The translations under genes were made by a program, and so were the position numbers. 52,332 nt of DNA, from assembly GCF_006345805.1 (NCBI RefSeq), contig NW_021833964.1, forward strand, positions 1 through 52,332, given 5' to 3'. The notes under the pieces are model-generated. The model did no database searches and was not told where the DNA came from. It was given only the letters and a program-made list of their open reading frames with translations. This document shows positions 51,480-52,332 of this stretch, piece after piece. Position 1 is the stretch's first letter. The number at the start of each line of letters is the position of its first letter. Source of the stretch: Octopus sinensis (taxonomy: Eukaryota).

Positions 51480-51702
51480 CGCACAGGGCCGGTTACCCGT
51501 TTTCCATGGTATATAAGTGAAGGAGATGACAACATCTCGTTTAAACGAGAAGCCAGTCCGTTGCATGGTTTCCATTTACAGCTGAGTAAAAGAGAACAAC
51601 GTGAAAGGAAGGAATGCGCTCAAGAACACAACGCACCACCCAATCCGGGAATCGAAATCACAATTATCCAATCGTGAGTGCAATGCCGTAACCTCTAGGC
51701 CT
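51480..51702 (-). mobile_element. SINE family B-related reverse copy, diverged
   Basis: TTTACAGCTGAG...GCTCAAGAACACAACGC...GGGAATCGAAATCAC. Confidence 0.65.
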
Positions 51703-52301
51703 GACTACTTACTTAAACTTAGCACTGGGCAAACGAGGAAGGAAGCCCAAACCAACGAAGAAACATTTATGGAGTTACCCAACATCCTAGTAATAGCAGC
51801 CAAATCTCTTTTAAATCACATTCTTAGCATATTTGAGGTTTTATTAGAGAATTTAATTCGTCATGAACCACACTTAAAAAAAACAGGAGCGTCATGATTA
51901 GAAAACATTTAATCAGATATTCCAGCCTTCACTAAAGCCACATTGGAACTAGAAATACCAGCAGCAACTTAAAACTTCCTCTTTCTTTCCTTTTACCTAA
52001 TAAATTTTTCATGTCCTCTTCGTGAAGGTTTGACATTAATTACCTGGTTCCGGCCCCCTTTTACTAATTACGTTATTATGTTCTTCCCCTCGATACACTA
52101 TTGATTAGTCCTCCATTATCTTTTCTTATGCGCCCTGGACCTAAATTATTTACAGCAGACTTCAATCTGTTTCATTCGTTGGTTGTGGTTTCTGAAACTG
52201 TCCGCAGAAATCGAGGTTGGACCCACACTTCATTCAGAAATAAAATTCTCTTATAAACATTACATACGAAAAGAAAAAGGCTTAAACACAACACTACATC
52301 A

Positions 52302-52332
<31 letters not shown>

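Overview
AT-rich, microsatellite-saturated eukaryotic genomic DNA. The repeat content (several tRNA-derived SINE families, one with a CORE-like domain, plus MITEs and LINE relics) and the gene type point to a coleoid cephalopod, most likely Octopus; this is an inference. The only well-supported protein-coding gene is a minus-strand protocadherin. One large exon (28960-26469, with a clean acceptor and donor) encodes a signal peptide, six cadherin (EC) repeats, a TM helix and the start of the cytoplasmic tail. The frame is broken once, right after EC2, by a single missing base in a 4-nt A/T run (28148-28151), which is either an assembly error or a young null allele. The three EC3 calcium motifs facing the EC3-EC4 junction are all degenerate. 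No upstream or downstream exon could be assigned confidently; two non-repetitive CpG-rich islands (about 22.6-22.8 kb and 40.1-40.5 kb) are candidates. The rest is mobile DNA: an internally deleted mariner with unusually long inverted ends, RTE and R4/Dong-like LINE relics, about 25 SINE copies or fragments, several fold-back elements and a 74-bp minisatellite with palindromic units. The most unexpected signal is four hammerhead-ribozyme-like motifs in two families (2868-3000 and 50352-50395; 32353-32388 and 46831-46866). They have the minimal palindromic stem III typical of Penelope-associated dimeric hammerheads, and one family shares a non-canonical CUGUNGA core. Apart from the protocadherin, the transposon fragments and one unresolved candidate at 40103-40411, the ORF track is essentially translated microsatellite or repeat DNA.
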